From assembly GCA_965223295.1 (NCBI GenBank), contig CBDCWC010000002.1, positions 352,001 through 416,000 on the forward strand: a stretch of DNA of 64,000 bases. The letters run 5' to 3'. Positions within the stretch are counted from its first letter, which is position 1. Every line of letters begins with the position of its first letter. Shown in pieces: positions 20,921-31,280 of this stretch. Below the pieces are notes generated by a model. That model ran no database searches, was not told the DNA's origin, and saw only the letters and a list, made by a program, of their open reading frames with translations. Made by a program: the position numbers and the translations under genes. The stretch is from Nitrospirales bacterium. GTDB taxonomy: Bacteria > Nitrospirota > Nitrospiria > Nitrospirales > UBA8639.

Positions 20921-21073
20921 ACAAAACTCAATCTATTACTTTAGTAGAGGCTTTAAGTGTTGTTATGATAAAACCAAACAATTGGATAAATTCCTCCTTC
21001 TCGCTACAGCGTGGGAGTTGATGAAACGTTAATTTCTGGGGTTCTCAGAGTTGGTTATTTTTTAGAGGTTGAG

Positions 21074-22273
21074 ATGTTTAATTTTAGGGATATGACGATA
21101 GGGAAGAAGGTTGGCATGGGTTTTGGGGCCATCACACTTATTTTAATGGGAGTGGTGTTACTCACCATTCAGCAAGTAAAAACGATGGAGGTCATTACTA
21201 AGAGAGTTGTCGACCTTCGAACTCCCACGGCTCATGCCAGCCTTATGATGTTAAACGGAATCAACCATTCCCTGGCTTCGCTGCGTGGGTGGATTCTCCT
21301 GGGAGATCCCAAATTCCAAACAGAACGAGCTCTTGCCTGGGCAGAACAAATCAACCCATCCCTGAAGCAGATGCATCAGCTTGCTCCCCACTGGACAGAT
21401 CCAGAAAATAAGGTCCGGTTAAAAACCATTGAAAAAGAAATCGATAATTTTCACAAGGCTCAACAGAAGATCGAAGATATAGCACAAACCCCGGAAAATT
21501 CTCCTGCGCAAAAAATTCTATTCGATCAAGCGGAACCGTTAGAAAAAACCATCGTGGCAACCGTTTCTAAAATGATCAAGCAGAATATGAAAGGCACAAA
21601 TACTCCCCAAAAGAAGCGATTGGTGGAAATTCTCGCTACGATAGAGACGACAACTAGTCTAGCTTTGGAAAGAGCCGACGAGTTTTTGCTATCTGGCAAA
21701 CAAGAATTTAAAAAGGAATCTCTGGAAAACTGGGGGAAAAGTGCTGCGTCTATGGAAGCATTAAAGGACAATGCAAACACCTTTAGTAAAGAGCAGTTGA
21801 AGAATTTTGCATCCCTGCAAGATGCACTCAATCAGTTCGATCCGTTACTGAAAGAAATTATCCGCATTCGGTCCGGAGAAGATTGGAATCGAGCTCATTA
21901 TTGGGTGAAAACTGAGGCTGCCCCTTTAGCCTTTCGAATCAAGGAACTCTTGAATGAAATGGCTGCGGTTCAGGAACAATTGCTGGAAAATGATGTTGAG
22001 ACGATTTCTAGCAGCACTCATTATTTAATTGTTCTGTTAGTGGCATTGTTTGTGACGGCGGCACTGATCAGCGGCCTTTTGGGAGCAAACATTACTCGTT
22101 CAATTAGCGAACCAATCCTGGATGTCTGCAATTTGGCAGATGAGCTGGCGCATGGAAATGACACAAGAAAACGCCTCCCAGTTCATTCCCGAAATGAATT
22201 GGGCACCCTGAGCCAAAGTTTCAACCAACTGTTGGATCGATTGCAAAAAGAGAAGTCACAAGACGAAGACTGA
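21074..22273 (+). CDS. Chemoreceptor-like sensor: TM, periplasmic helical bundle, TM, HAMP, no output domain
   Basis: MTIGKKVGMGF start with TM1, large helical periplasmic region, TM2, HAMP motif (SISEPI...NELGTLSQSFNQL), stop about 14 residues later. Confidence 0.75.
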   Translation: MFNFRDMTIGKKVGMGFGAITLILMGVVLLTIQQVKTMEVITKRVVDLRTPTAHASLMMLNGINHSLASLRGWILLGDPKFQTERALAWAEQINPSLKQMHQLAPHWTDPENKVRLKTIEKEIDNFHKAQQKIEDIAQTPENSPAQKILFDQAEPLEKTIVATVSKMIKQNMKGTNTPQKKRLVEILATIETTTSLALERADEFLLSGKQEFKKESLENWGKSAASMEALKDNANTFSKEQLKNFASLQDALNQFDPLLKEIIRIRSGEDWNRAHYWVKTEAAPLAFRIKELLNEMAAVQEQLLENDVETISSSTHYLIVLLVALFVTAALISGLLGANITRSISEPILDVCNLADELAHGNDTRKRLPVHSRNELGTLSQSFNQLLDRLQKEKSQDED

Positions 22274-22396
22274 CTTGTTGCCTTAAATTAAATGGCCCCA
22301 TGCGCGCAAGGCATGATGTCTTTTGCAATTGGAATTCCGAGTTCACTCCCCTCCCATCAGGGTGGTTTTACAGCACTACAGGCTACGATAGTAGAA

Positions 22397-23995
22397 TCAC
22401 TCATCGAATGATGTCATTTTAGCTCGCACGGACAACTCAAGACCGTTTTCTCTGAATTTCCTTTTCCACTCGTCAATCTTAGACCTGATCCTACGGTCCA
22501 CAAACTTCGTTTCTGTCATATCCAAGGTAACTCGCTTCCCTTCCAGAAAGAAACGATCAAGTTGTTTTCTCAGAGGAATCCAAGAACTGAAAATAATGGA
22601 ACCTCGTAAAAGAATCGTGACAGACTGATCCCTTTCATGAATGATCTTGGCATTCAATCGAAGCATGGATCCCCCACGAATAAAACGGATGACCAACATG
22701 ACTCCTATTCCAATGGCTAACCCTTTTAAGAGATCAGTCGCAAGTACACCTAATATGGTAGAGACAAAAATAATAAACTGGTCTGTTCCCTCACGATACA
22801 CAGCCACAAACTCGTTGGGAGAAGCCAGGCGAAATCCTGTGATGACCAATAACGCGGCCAAGGCAGCTAGAGGAATTTGATTAATGATCCCTGGGATCAA
22901 TGCCACACATATCAATAAAAACATTCCATGGTAAAAATTCGCAAACCGGGTTCTTGCCCCATTATCAATATTGGCTTTACTTCGAACAATTTCAGAAATC
23001 ATGGGCAACCCGCCAATAAAAGCAGACAGGGTGTTAGCGATACCGGTCGCCAACAAGTCTCGATCCAGATTTGTTTGTCGACCCCACGGATCGATCCCAT
23101 CAATAGCCTTTGCACTGAGAATCCCCTCCAAACTTCCAATGATCGCAAAAAGAACCGTATATTTAATTCCAGTCTCCGTGGTTATGCCTGAAAAATCCGG
23201 AAAGGTGATGGCATTTAGCAAATTACCTGGAACATTGACTAAAAACTTTTCGCCGAGTTCGTAGATGTGATTATTGAAGGTATATGACCCCTTCTCCCCA
23301 ATTCCTAAAAATATTGCTATTGGAACGGTGATCATTAACATCAACATGGGTGCAGGAATGACCTTTACTTTGGGATTTTGTATATAGTTATAAGCCATCA
23401 CAATCGTAAGACCTAGAATTCCGATTGGTGCAACTTTCGGGTTCATGTTCATGACAAAGGAAGGGATCCTAGCGAGTAACTCTAGAGGACCACCCTGTGG
23501 ATTCAGCCCCATCAAGACAGGAAATTGTTTGGCGATGATGATGACTCCAATGGAAGCCAGCAAACCGTGAATCGCCGCTTTCGGAAAAAGCTTGACTAGG
23601 ATTCCTACGCGAAAAAGTCCGAGGATAATTTGGTAGATGCCTGCCACAACCCCAACACCCAGCGCCAAACGATAGGCCTGAAAATCCTTGGCCGGGTCTT
23701 CTCCACCCGTAAAACCAAAATCCTGAACACAACCTAATGCAATAACAATCAAACCAGCAGCCGGTCCCTTAATCGTCAGTTCTGAATTGGTCAGGAAGGT
23801 GGCAACTAAACCGCCAACAATTGCTGTAAAGATGCCCGCTACCGCAGGATATCCTGAAGCCAGAGAAATTCCCAGACACAGCGGCAAAGCAATAAGAAAA
23901 ACTAAAAATCCAGAGAGGATATCGTTTTGCGCATGGGCTTTAAACCCATCAAAATTCCCCTTGGGAATTTCAGTAGATTTGGATGACAGACTCAT
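22397..23995 (-). CDS. SulP family inorganic anion transporter
   Basis: DILSGFLVFLIALPLCLGISLASG, GPAAGL, GGLPMISEIVRS, IPLAALAALL; STAS-like C-terminus. Confidence 0.92.
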   Translation of the reverse strand: MSLSSKSTEIPKGNFDGFKAHAQNDILSGFLVFLIALPLCLGISLASGYPAVAGIFTAIVGGLVATFLTNSELTIKGPAAGLIVIALGCVQDFGFTGGEDPAKDFQAYRLALGVGVVAGIYQIILGLFRVGILVKLFPKAAIHGLLASIGVIIIAKQFPVLMGLNPQGGPLELLARIPSFVMNMNPKVAPIGILGLTIVMAYNYIQNPKVKVIPAPMLMLMITVPIAIFLGIGEKGSYTFNNHIYELGEKFLVNVPGNLLNAITFPDFSGITTETGIKYTVLFAIIGSLEGILSAKAIDGIDPWGRQTNLDRDLLATGIANTLSAFIGGLPMISEIVRSKANIDNGARTRFANFYHGMFLLICVALIPGIINQIPLAALAALLVITGFRLASPNEFVAVYREGTDQFIIFVSTILGVLATDLLKGLAIGIGVMLVIRFIRGGSMLRLNAKIIHERDQSVTILLRGSIIFSSWIPLRKQLDRFFLEGKRVTLDMTETKFVDRRIRSKIDEWKRKFRENGLELSVRAKMTSFDE

Positions 23996-24464
23996 GGATA
24001 TGAGCTTCCCCTATTGTAGACTTTAAAGCTAATCCGTAATGCTGGTAATGCTTGATCTTCCCCTAGATATCGGACACCGAGTGACGAATTATATAATAAT
24101 TTGAAAGGAGATGTTGAATAAAGCGAGCACGGGCACATCGAGAAAGCCTGTTATGCTTCCGTATGAAATCTTCATGATAATTTTGATGCCATTGATATCG
24201 GAGGCGGTTTTTGATGTGGAAAACACACGTCAAATCTGTTGTTAACGAAACCTGAGATCTCACCTTTTCTGAGCAAGCACAGCCAAGAAAGAAGTGGTAG
24301 GAACCTTTTCTTTCAATTTGAGTTCTCCGCAAACAAAGTAATGAGTTACATTTCTGTTCAGTTTGTACTTTGAAAGATAATACGTGATTCATAAATGATG
24401 ACTCTAACCCAAAGCGGATATACACGGAGCCGAGTTATTCGGCAATTTGATAAAGGAAAAAAGG

Positions 24465-24941
24465 ATGGCTGGTAAAAAGATAAAATCCTGGGAAGGAAGT
24501 ACCTTTAAGGCCGCTGCTCTAGGTCTTTTCAAAGACTTGGACGAATATTCATACACACTTCCCGCTTTGTCGATGACGGTTAATGGGAAAGTCTTCTTGA
24601 ATGAATTGCTCGGATTGACTGGTAGTGAGATCTCGTTCAATAAGCTCCCGCCCAAGAAATCAATGCCGTTCTACCACAAACATCATAAGCACGAAGAAGT
24701 ATATATCTTTTTGTCTGGGAAGGGGCAATTTCAGATAGATGAAAAGATTTTTCCGGTCGAACAAGGAACGGTTGTGCGTGTTAACCCTGAAGGTGAACGA
24801 ACTTGGAGAAATGTATCCGATTTGGAAGACTTAATCTTTATTGTGATACAAAGTCCTGCGGGACAGATCGAAGCGACCAAAACCACTGACGGAGTTGCTG
24901 TTGAGAAAAGAGTCAGTTGGGTCAACAAAGAAAATACCTAG
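24465..24941 (+). CDS. Cupin domain protein
   Basis: PFYHKHHKHEEVYIFLSGKG cupin motif 1 and GTVVRVNPE motif 2. Confidence 0.85.
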   Translation: MAGKKIKSWEGSTFKAAALGLFKDLDEYSYTLPALSMTVNGKVFLNELLGLTGSEISFNKLPPKKSMPFYHKHHKHEEVYIFLSGKGQFQIDEKIFPVEQGTVVRVNPEGERTWRNVSDLEDLIFIVIQSPAGQIEATKTTDGVAVEKRVSWVNKENT

Positions 24942-25018
24942 TTGCAGCAGTGATGCTCAGCAAGAATGCATACGAATTCGACCCCAAGCGGTCATTATAT
25001 AGATTACGCCATATCACA

Positions 25019-25366
25019 ATGAGTAACAGAGAAGAAAACTATTGCTGCGAAGGAAATTCGCACAAAGATGTTTCAATCCGGTATGAAAAAATTGACGCAA
25101 TACAATGGTCATGGGTTCTTGAGAGTACGTGGCATGCCACAGAATCAAAAGTAAAGGATGATTTGGCTAGTGAAGAAGAAATAGTTATTCATTCTGATAC
25201 TTTGCTCATTTCATATTGCCCATTTTGTGGAGAAAATCTTACGCTAATACAAAAACACATGGTAATAGAATCTTCAGTTCCGGCCGAACATACGAAGGCT
25301 GAAAATCGGCAGAGCCTATCTTGTTCTATCCGTTCACATCTAAATCGAATCTTGGCAATTTCATAA
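25019..25366 (+). CDS. Hypothetical protein with CC and CPFCG cysteine motifs
   Basis: NYCCE...ISYCPFCG suggests a small Zn-binding fold; start uncertain. Confidence 0.45.
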   Translation: MSNREENYCCEGNSHKDVSIRYEKIDAIQWSWVLESTWHATESKVKDDLASEEEIVIHSDTLLISYCPFCGENLTLIQKHMVIESSVPAEHTKAENRQSLSCSIRSHLNRILAIS

Positions 25367-25473
25367 AAACGTCTAAGGTTCTGGCAATATGTATTTGAAA
25401 CCTCCAGCAAATATGGAGATACTTTTACAGTCATGAGTGCTCTGTGTTGTGACCTATTACGAGGAGGCTTTCA

Positions 25474-26430
25474 ATGGCGTTCAAGATCTCCAAATCTTTA
25501 TGGCTGAAAATTGGATTCCTGACATTCACGTTGACCGGGGTTTTTCTTGCTACCCTGGGACAAATTCCTCTTGCCGTCTCTCAACCGGTAACCATTCCGG
25601 TGGGCAAGATTTCTGGGCCAATTCCCATGGATGCCGCGAATCCTGTGTGGGAATCTGTGCCCGGTGTAGTGGCACCGCTGAGCGGTCAAACGATTACAAC
25701 CCCCATGCACCCGAACATTTCTGTCAAAACCGTCATGATCAAAATGGCCACGAATGGGAAAGAGATTGGAGTGTGGGCGAATTGGGGAGATCAAACACAA
25801 AACAATACCACGATTGGTCCTCAAGATTTTCGTGATCAAGTGGCGGTGCAATTCCCCGTGCAGACGGCTGGTGCTCCTCCGTTCCAATGTATGGGCCAAT
25901 CTGGAGGAACGGTCAACATTTGGCGGTGGAATGCTGAATGGCAAAAAGATTTAGGCCGAGGAGTAGCTGGCATGTGGGATGTCGATAATCAATATCCTTC
26001 CATTGCCTGGGACTATTACTATGAGGAACCTGCTGGGGGTGTGACGTATCCTGACCGAATTGGACGAAGCCTTGGACCATTTAATGAAGGGATTTGGTCT
26101 GGGAATATCATGTCTGATCCTGACATGCGCATTGGGTCTGTGGAAGATCTCAATGCTAATGGCTTTAGTACATTGACCACCCAAGCTTCACAGAATGTGG
26201 TAGGGAATGGATTATGGGAACCATATGGTTCGCTCAAAGGAGGTTGCTGTAGTGGGCCAACTTGGCGTGTGGTTATGAAACGGAGCCTGGCAACAGATGA
26301 TCCTAACGATGTCCAGTTTACGGCAGGCGGAAGCTTTCCCGTGGCATTTGCTGTATGGGATGGCTCGAATGTAGAGCGAAACGGGATGAAAGGTATTTCG
26401 ACTTGGTTTACGGCGCAGATGCCAAACTAG
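25474..26430 (+). CDS. nxrC: Ethylbenzene dehydrogenase gamma-like heme b protein, candidate nitrite oxidoreductase gamma subunit
   Basis: N-terminal TM/signal, FRDQVAVQFP, PFQCMG (Met ligand), VNIWRW, GFSTLT, WRVVMKRSL, AFAVWDGSNVERNGMK (Lys ligand); RBS GAGGAGG. The family call is firm; the nxrC role is inferred. Confidence 0.78.
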   Translation: MAFKISKSLWLKIGFLTFTLTGVFLATLGQIPLAVSQPVTIPVGKISGPIPMDAANPVWESVPGVVAPLSGQTITTPMHPNISVKTVMIKMATNGKEIGVWANWGDQTQNNTTIGPQDFRDQVAVQFPVQTAGAPPFQCMGQSGGTVNIWRWNAEWQKDLGRGVAGMWDVDNQYPSIAWDYYYEEPAGGVTYPDRIGRSLGPFNEGIWSGNIMSDPDMRIGSVEDLNANGFSTLTTQASQNVVGNGLWEPYGSLKGGCCSGPTWRVVMKRSLATDDPNDVQFTAGGSFPVAFAVWDGSNVERNGMKGISTWFTAQMPN

Positions 26431-26507
26431 CAATCTGAGAATTTCACGGGAACAGCCAAGAAAATTTCTTCTTGCGCAAGTATTTACCAGTCCAACACAC
26501 AAATCAT

Positions 26508-26535
26508 GTGGGGAAGCATGTCTCAGCTTCCCCAC
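26508..26535. terminator. Stem-loop downstream of the nxrC-like gene
   Basis: gtggggaagc-N8-gcttccccac perfect 10-bp stem; no clear U tract. Confidence 0.4.
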
Positions 26536-26615
26536 GGCCTAGATTACAAATCTGACTCCGCGATTTTTCAATCAGGTCTTCATTTTCCCTTCTCTTTAGG
26601 AGCGAGGTTTCTTGT

Positions 26616-26770
26616 GGAAATGTTGAAAAAAGCCGCCAGCGGCGTTCCCTGGCTTCGCCGAAGTGGCTTCGCGCAGGCGAGCGGGCTGTTTTGACCATTC
26701 CCATCGCATTAAAGTCACCATGACCCTTGAAGGCTTCTCGTACCTTGAAATTCAATTATTCAATAGTCCC
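26616..26770 (+). repeat. MITE-like intergenic repeat, copy 2 (internally deleted)
   Basis: GGAAATGTTGAAAAAAGCCGCCAGCGGCGTTC...TTTTGACCATTCCC...TTATTCAATAGTCCC. Confidence 0.8.
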
Positions 26771-26955
26771 TTTATCTCGATTTGAGACGCCTCCAAAGTT
26801 TAAGCAACTACAGATCCTCGCGTACTGTGCTTTGCAAAATTTCAGGAAAATTTTTTGCATTGAAATGATCGCGATCATTGTCTGTCTGTTCACCTCAGTG
26901 CGAACATCATCTAACTCTATGTGCTCATATGTTTGATCTTCTACAACAGAAGAAC

Positions 26956-28272
26956 ATGAACATTCACGTCTGGCTTACTGCATGGAAACGTCTGATCACC
27001 TTTTTCGTCGTACCTGTGCTTTGTTGGGGTGCTCTTTCCAGTTGCAGTCTCCTTGCTTTACAAAAAAATGTCGAAATTTATCAGCAATATGTTCGTGTCA
27101 GTGGTCGGCTGGAGAATCCGTCTTCAGAGAAGAAGCCAGTGATCGTATTTCTGTATCAAGTCCAGGGCAAACAAAAGCAAATCGTGAGCTATGGCATATA
27201 TCATAACCCGGACCGGTTTCAATTTATGGTCTTACCTGGACAGTATTTCATTGAAGCGTTTGAAGATGCGAATCAAGATCTCATGTATCAAGTTCATGAG
27301 TGGGCTGGGTATTATGGTTCTCCCTCTGTCATTACGATGCAGCCAGGCCAAGACCAACTGAATCTGGATGTCACACTTCAACCTCCGGGTGTCACTCGAT
27401 TAGAAGAGTTTCCCAATCTTTCTTCTCTTGCCAGTCAAAGCAGGTTGCGACCATCTCACCTGCGTTTTGGAGAAGTTGTGACACTGAACGATAGTCGTTT
27501 TGCAAAAGAAAAGGGACGTGTAGGTCTGTGGGAACCTTTGCGTTTTATGGATGAGGTCGCCAGTGGCCTTTTTCCTCTGAAACCGTTTGATTCAGAGAAA
27601 ATTCCCGTCATCTTTGTTCATGGGGGAGGGGGGACTCCACGGGAATGGGCCGCCATTATTGAAAGGATGGATAGAGAAATTTTTCAACCTTGGCTGTTTT
27701 ACTATCCGTCAGGAATACATCTGGATGATTCCACCGAGTTGTTTTGGCAGAGTATGTCCCAATTGTCGCTGACCTATAAATTTCCAAAGCTTATTATTGT
27801 GGCGCATAGTATGGGAGGGATGATTGCGCGGGCAGCTATCAACCGTACTATTCAAAAAGGTCGAGGACATGAATTCCCACTGCTTTTTGTGACGCTATCG
27901 ACGCCATGGGGAGGTCATCAAGGTGCGCAAATGGCTTTGGATTATTCTACAATAGGAGTGATTCCATCCTGGATTGATCTTGCCCCAGAAAGCCCTTTTC
28001 AACAAAAACTTTTCGAAACGCATCTGCCTCCGGCTATTCATCATTACCTGTTCTTCAGTTATAAAGGTCGTCGCAATTTTTTTACACAAGGAAATAATGA
28101 TGGAGCGGTTTCGCTGGCAAGCCAACTGCACGAGAAAGCTCAGAGTTCGGCGGTCAAAGTCTTGGGGTTCAATGAAGACCACGCCAGCATCCTGACATCT
28201 CGGACTATGATTGTTCGTTTAAATGAAATTATGAAAAACTTTGTCACAGTCAGATTGCAAACTAAGCCATAA
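26956..28272 (+). CDS. Alpha/beta hydrolase lipoprotein
   Basis: Lipobox-like ALSSC, VIFVHG, nucleophile elbow AHSMGG, NDGAV and EDH. Start uncertain (26929 or 26956). Confidence 0.8.
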   Translation: MNIHVWLTAWKRLITFFVVPVLCWGALSSCSLLALQKNVEIYQQYVRVSGRLENPSSEKKPVIVFLYQVQGKQKQIVSYGIYHNPDRFQFMVLPGQYFIEAFEDANQDLMYQVHEWAGYYGSPSVITMQPGQDQLNLDVTLQPPGVTRLEEFPNLSSLASQSRLRPSHLRFGEVVTLNDSRFAKEKGRVGLWEPLRFMDEVASGLFPLKPFDSEKIPVIFVHGGGGTPREWAAIIERMDREIFQPWLFYYPSGIHLDDSTELFWQSMSQLSLTYKFPKLIIVAHSMGGMIARAAINRTIQKGRGHEFPLLFVTLSTPWGGHQGAQMALDYSTIGVIPSWIDLAPESPFQQKLFETHLPPAIHHYLFFSYKGRRNFFTQGNNDGAVSLASQLHEKAQSSAVKVLGFNEDHASILTSRTMIVRLNEIMKNFVTVRLQTKP

Positions 28273-28371
28273 GATGAGTTTTTCTTGGTTTATTTTCTGT
28301 TCTCTTTTTTATGTGACAGGAGTCTAATTATAGTTTGGTCCAGGCTCTTGTCTGGGTGAAGGATTACCATT

Positions 28372-29550
28372 CTATTCAGGAGAAAGTGCTTTGCGAACTG
28401 CTGAAAAATTTTTATAAGCGATATGTTCCAGTACAGGCGTGGCCAGCATACTTAGCACCACGACGAGAAGAAGCTGCTGGAAGAGTTGTTCTTCTAGCAC
28501 GAACATTCCATGCGCCACCGCAAATAACACCAGTGCAAATTCTCCACTTTGAGCAAGGAGTAAGGCAACCGAAAAAGAAGTTTTTCCCCGAATGCCAAAT
28601 ATTCTCAACAATGGCCACAATGTCATAGTTTTAATCGCGAGTAATACCATTACAGCTAGGATTAAGAGTAACGGTGCTTCAATGAACGTGTTTAAGTGTA
28701 ATGACATACCCATAGACATAAAAAATAACCCAAGTAATAGGCCTCGAAAGGGTTTGACCTCTGCAATGATCTGATGGCGGTGTGAAGAATCTGCAAGCAA
28801 AAGCCCTGCGATAAAACCTCCCATGGCCTTAGATAAGCCAATGTGTTCCATGGCTTGAGCGCCTCCCAAGACCAAGAGCAATGCTGTTGCCGTAAATATT
28901 TCAGGTGATCCGACGCGTACAAGTGTATTGAGTAGAGGATTCAAAATATATCGGGCTGCGATGATGATGAGGGCAAGTATAAAGATGGCTTCGCCGATAG
29001 CCAGCAAGACATCTTCTGCAATCGTTAGGCTTGGCTCTGTTAGCAGTGAAACAAATGCTAGCAATGGGACAACAGCGAGATCTTGTAACAGCAACACGGC
29101 GAGGGCTGGCCTGCCATAGTCAGAAAATAACAGTTTCTTCTCGGTTAACAGTTGCAAGACAAACGCAGTAGAGGATAGAGCAAGGGCCAAGCCTATTAAC
29201 AGTGAAATTTTCCAAGAGGGTTGGAGCAAGTGGTGAATGACCAGAGTGATGGTTCCTCCTGTGATCAGGACTTGCAGTGATCCAAGACCTAACACCAGCC
29301 GTTTCATTTTCCACAGACGAAACGGATTAATTTCGATGCCAATAAAAAATAAGAGCAGGATGACCCCGAGTTCAGCTAAATGCTGAATTTCATCGTAATT
29401 CTCAATGTATGCGAGTCCTGATGGTCCAATGATCATTCCTGCCACTAAGAACCCAGGTATTGCGCCCAAGCCGAAGTATTGAAAGAGAGGCACCACAATG
29501 ACCGCAGCAGATAAGAGAATAATGGTATCGGTCAAATAGGCAGCATTCAT
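28372..29550 (-). CDS. CPA2 cation:proton antiporter (KefB/KefC-like membrane domain only)
   Basis: ELGVILLLFFIGIE, LALSSTA, LLLQDLAVVP, FRGLLLGLFFMSMG, QSGEFA; ends at 392 aa without a TrkA-N domain. Confidence 0.9.
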   Translation of the reverse strand: MNAAYLTDTIILLSAAVIVVPLFQYFGLGAIPGFLVAGMIIGPSGLAYIENYDEIQHLAELGVILLLFFIGIEINPFRLWKMKRLVLGLGSLQVLITGGTITLVIHHLLQPSWKISLLIGLALALSSTAFVLQLLTEKKLLFSDYGRPALAVLLLQDLAVVPLLAFVSLLTEPSLTIAEDVLLAIGEAIFILALIIIAARYILNPLLNTLVRVGSPEIFTATALLLVLGGAQAMEHIGLSKAMGGFIAGLLLADSSHRHQIIAEVKPFRGLLLGLFFMSMGMSLHLNTFIEAPLLLILAVMVLLAIKTMTLWPLLRIFGIRGKTSFSVALLLAQSGEFALVLFAVAHGMFVLEEQLFQQLLLVVVLSMLATPVLEHIAYKNFSAVRKALSPE

Positions 29551-29810
29551 GGAGGTATGGCTTTTGTTGTCGAAGGCTAGCGTTATGTGAACGGGCAGTC
29601 TGTTTTTTTAGGGTTAGTGCAAGAGAAGAACGATTAGATGGATAACCTAAAGGAGGGAGATGAAAGTTTCAAGAATGGGTAAGGTGCTTGGATTGGTCAT
29701 AAGTGTGAATGAGGTGTGTAGGACTCTTTGAGTCAGTGAGACTGTTTGTTAAATAATGATGATATTAAGGGCCACATGTAGTCTCTGAGACCTAATATGT
29801 CAGAGGCTTC

Positions 29811-29933
29811 GAGTCTGTTCAAAAAAGTGCGTTCAGCAAGGTCGCAGCTATTTTTCCGTGTGGAGCATACTTGGCACTACGTGAGTGTGGAAAAATAGCA
29901 AGAACGCTGCTGATGGCTTTTTTTAACAGACCC
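29811..29933 (-). repeat. MITE-like intergenic repeat, copy 3 (reverse orientation, short form)
   Basis: GTCTGTTCAAAAAA...TTTTTTTAACAGAC terminal inverted repeats; the reverse complement matches the core of the other copies. Confidence 0.7.
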
Positions 29934-29962
29934 TTAGTTGACCATGGTTGGTAAGTTATTGA

Positions 29963-30744
29963 TCATATGGTGCCAAGTAGAATAGTCATGCCCGTAAAAG
30001 CCGTCCACTCTTGTGAGGCTCCATTGAGACCGAATGCAGCACCGACATCCCCAACAAGCTTTGGCGTAAAAAAGTAACTGGTTGAAATGAGAAATTGCGA
30101 GAAGGGTGTCACGCCTTGTCTTATCGTGCCGGCGAGTTCTGCAGCCACCGACCAGGGCTGTGTCAAGTTGTATCCCGTGCTCATAGCCCAAAAGAACTGA
30201 TCCTTTCCTTCTGTTTCTTGCGCCGCACCTATACGGGTATCCTCGCATTGAGGTCGATGCTTATTGCCCCCATCGCGATGCTATAAAGACCCGTGATAAG
30301 ATAATCAGTCTTTTGGCTGCTAATTGTTTGAGGAGCAGTGGGCAGCGTGGCGCCCATTTCTACTCCTAAGGCGGACTCGCCATGAGTAGAGAGTGGGATA
30401 TGAAGTTTCAGGAGGGGCATGATATTTCCCAATCCAGCCAAGGACGTTCCTTGGTCAATATCATTGATGATGAGACCATCTCCTCCAACTAAGAGACCGA
30501 CATAATCTGAAAAGCCGAATTTGAATAAATAGGGAATAGAATGTTGATAATCGTCAGTTGCTTTATCTTTGAGCGTCTGCCAACCTGTTTCGACTTCGAG
30601 ATATCCCGGTATGGGAAGTTGAGCGGGATTGGATAGTGTCGGTCGATAGGGTCTGGCTCGAGGAAGTTCTTCAGAGTGACCGACATTTGGGGTTAGGAAG
30701 AATCCTAACGCCATAAGCAAGAAGAAATGCTGAAGCGTAAACAT
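29963..30744 (-). pseudogene. Outer-membrane beta-barrel 'transporter' (MetA-pathway-like) gene with a frameshift
   Basis: Signal peptide and RPTLSNPA...GYLEVETG start. After DLNA near 30240 the barrel pattern continues in another frame (TRIGAAQETEGKDQFFWAMSTGYNL...FTGMTILL). Could be a sequencing error. Confidence 0.65.
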
Positions 30745-31071
30745 AAAATGAGCCCAAAGGCCGTTTTCATTCCTTAATGTTCTGTATGGTATCTCCTAGT
30801 CTGGGAGACGTGTGTTTTGTGCTCGATCCTTTTGTCGGCAATGGCGGCTTCTATATGATCCAAATTGAGTGCCGCAAGAGGCTACAAGTTATTCACAACC
30901 TTCTGGAGACAGACTTGTCAGATCAGAGGGCTAATCGGGCTCCCCCAAAAGACAATTTTCTTTTTTGAATCGGTGTTCCCATAAACCTTGTAACACTTCA
31001 AAGCCGATTGGGTGAGACATGTACGTCTCTAACGAGGTGACCCGTGGCTGTGAGATAGTAGTTAGAGATAG

Positions 31072-31105
31072 TGCAAACCCCCTCAGTTTCCTGACGGGGT
31101 TTGCA
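31072..31105. terminator. GC-rich stem-loop, possible terminator
   Basis: tgcaaacccc-ctcag-tttc-ctga-cggggtttgca hairpin, about 175 bp downstream of the 31281-31691 gene. Confidence 0.45.
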
Positions 31106-31280
31106 TGAAACCTCAAGTGTAGGGGGCAAGTCTTCGGCAAAACTCAGGTATTATTGAAAAAACTACTACGTCTTTTTCTATAAGAGCTCGGTCAAAACTT
31201 CACCGTGTCGGATATAAGGTAAGATGCTTGGCGACGGTGTTTCGATGATAGAAAGAACGGAATAAACTCCTCCTTATTCC

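Noticed and set aside
28312-28327. TGTGAC...GTCTAA as another ECF promoter
   Set aside because: Only 4 nt between the boxes, and it lies between convergent gene ends.
30745-31280. Riboswitch upstream of the barrel gene
   Set aside because: Only one simple hairpin found; no aptamer consensus that I can recognise. An Rfam scan would settle it.
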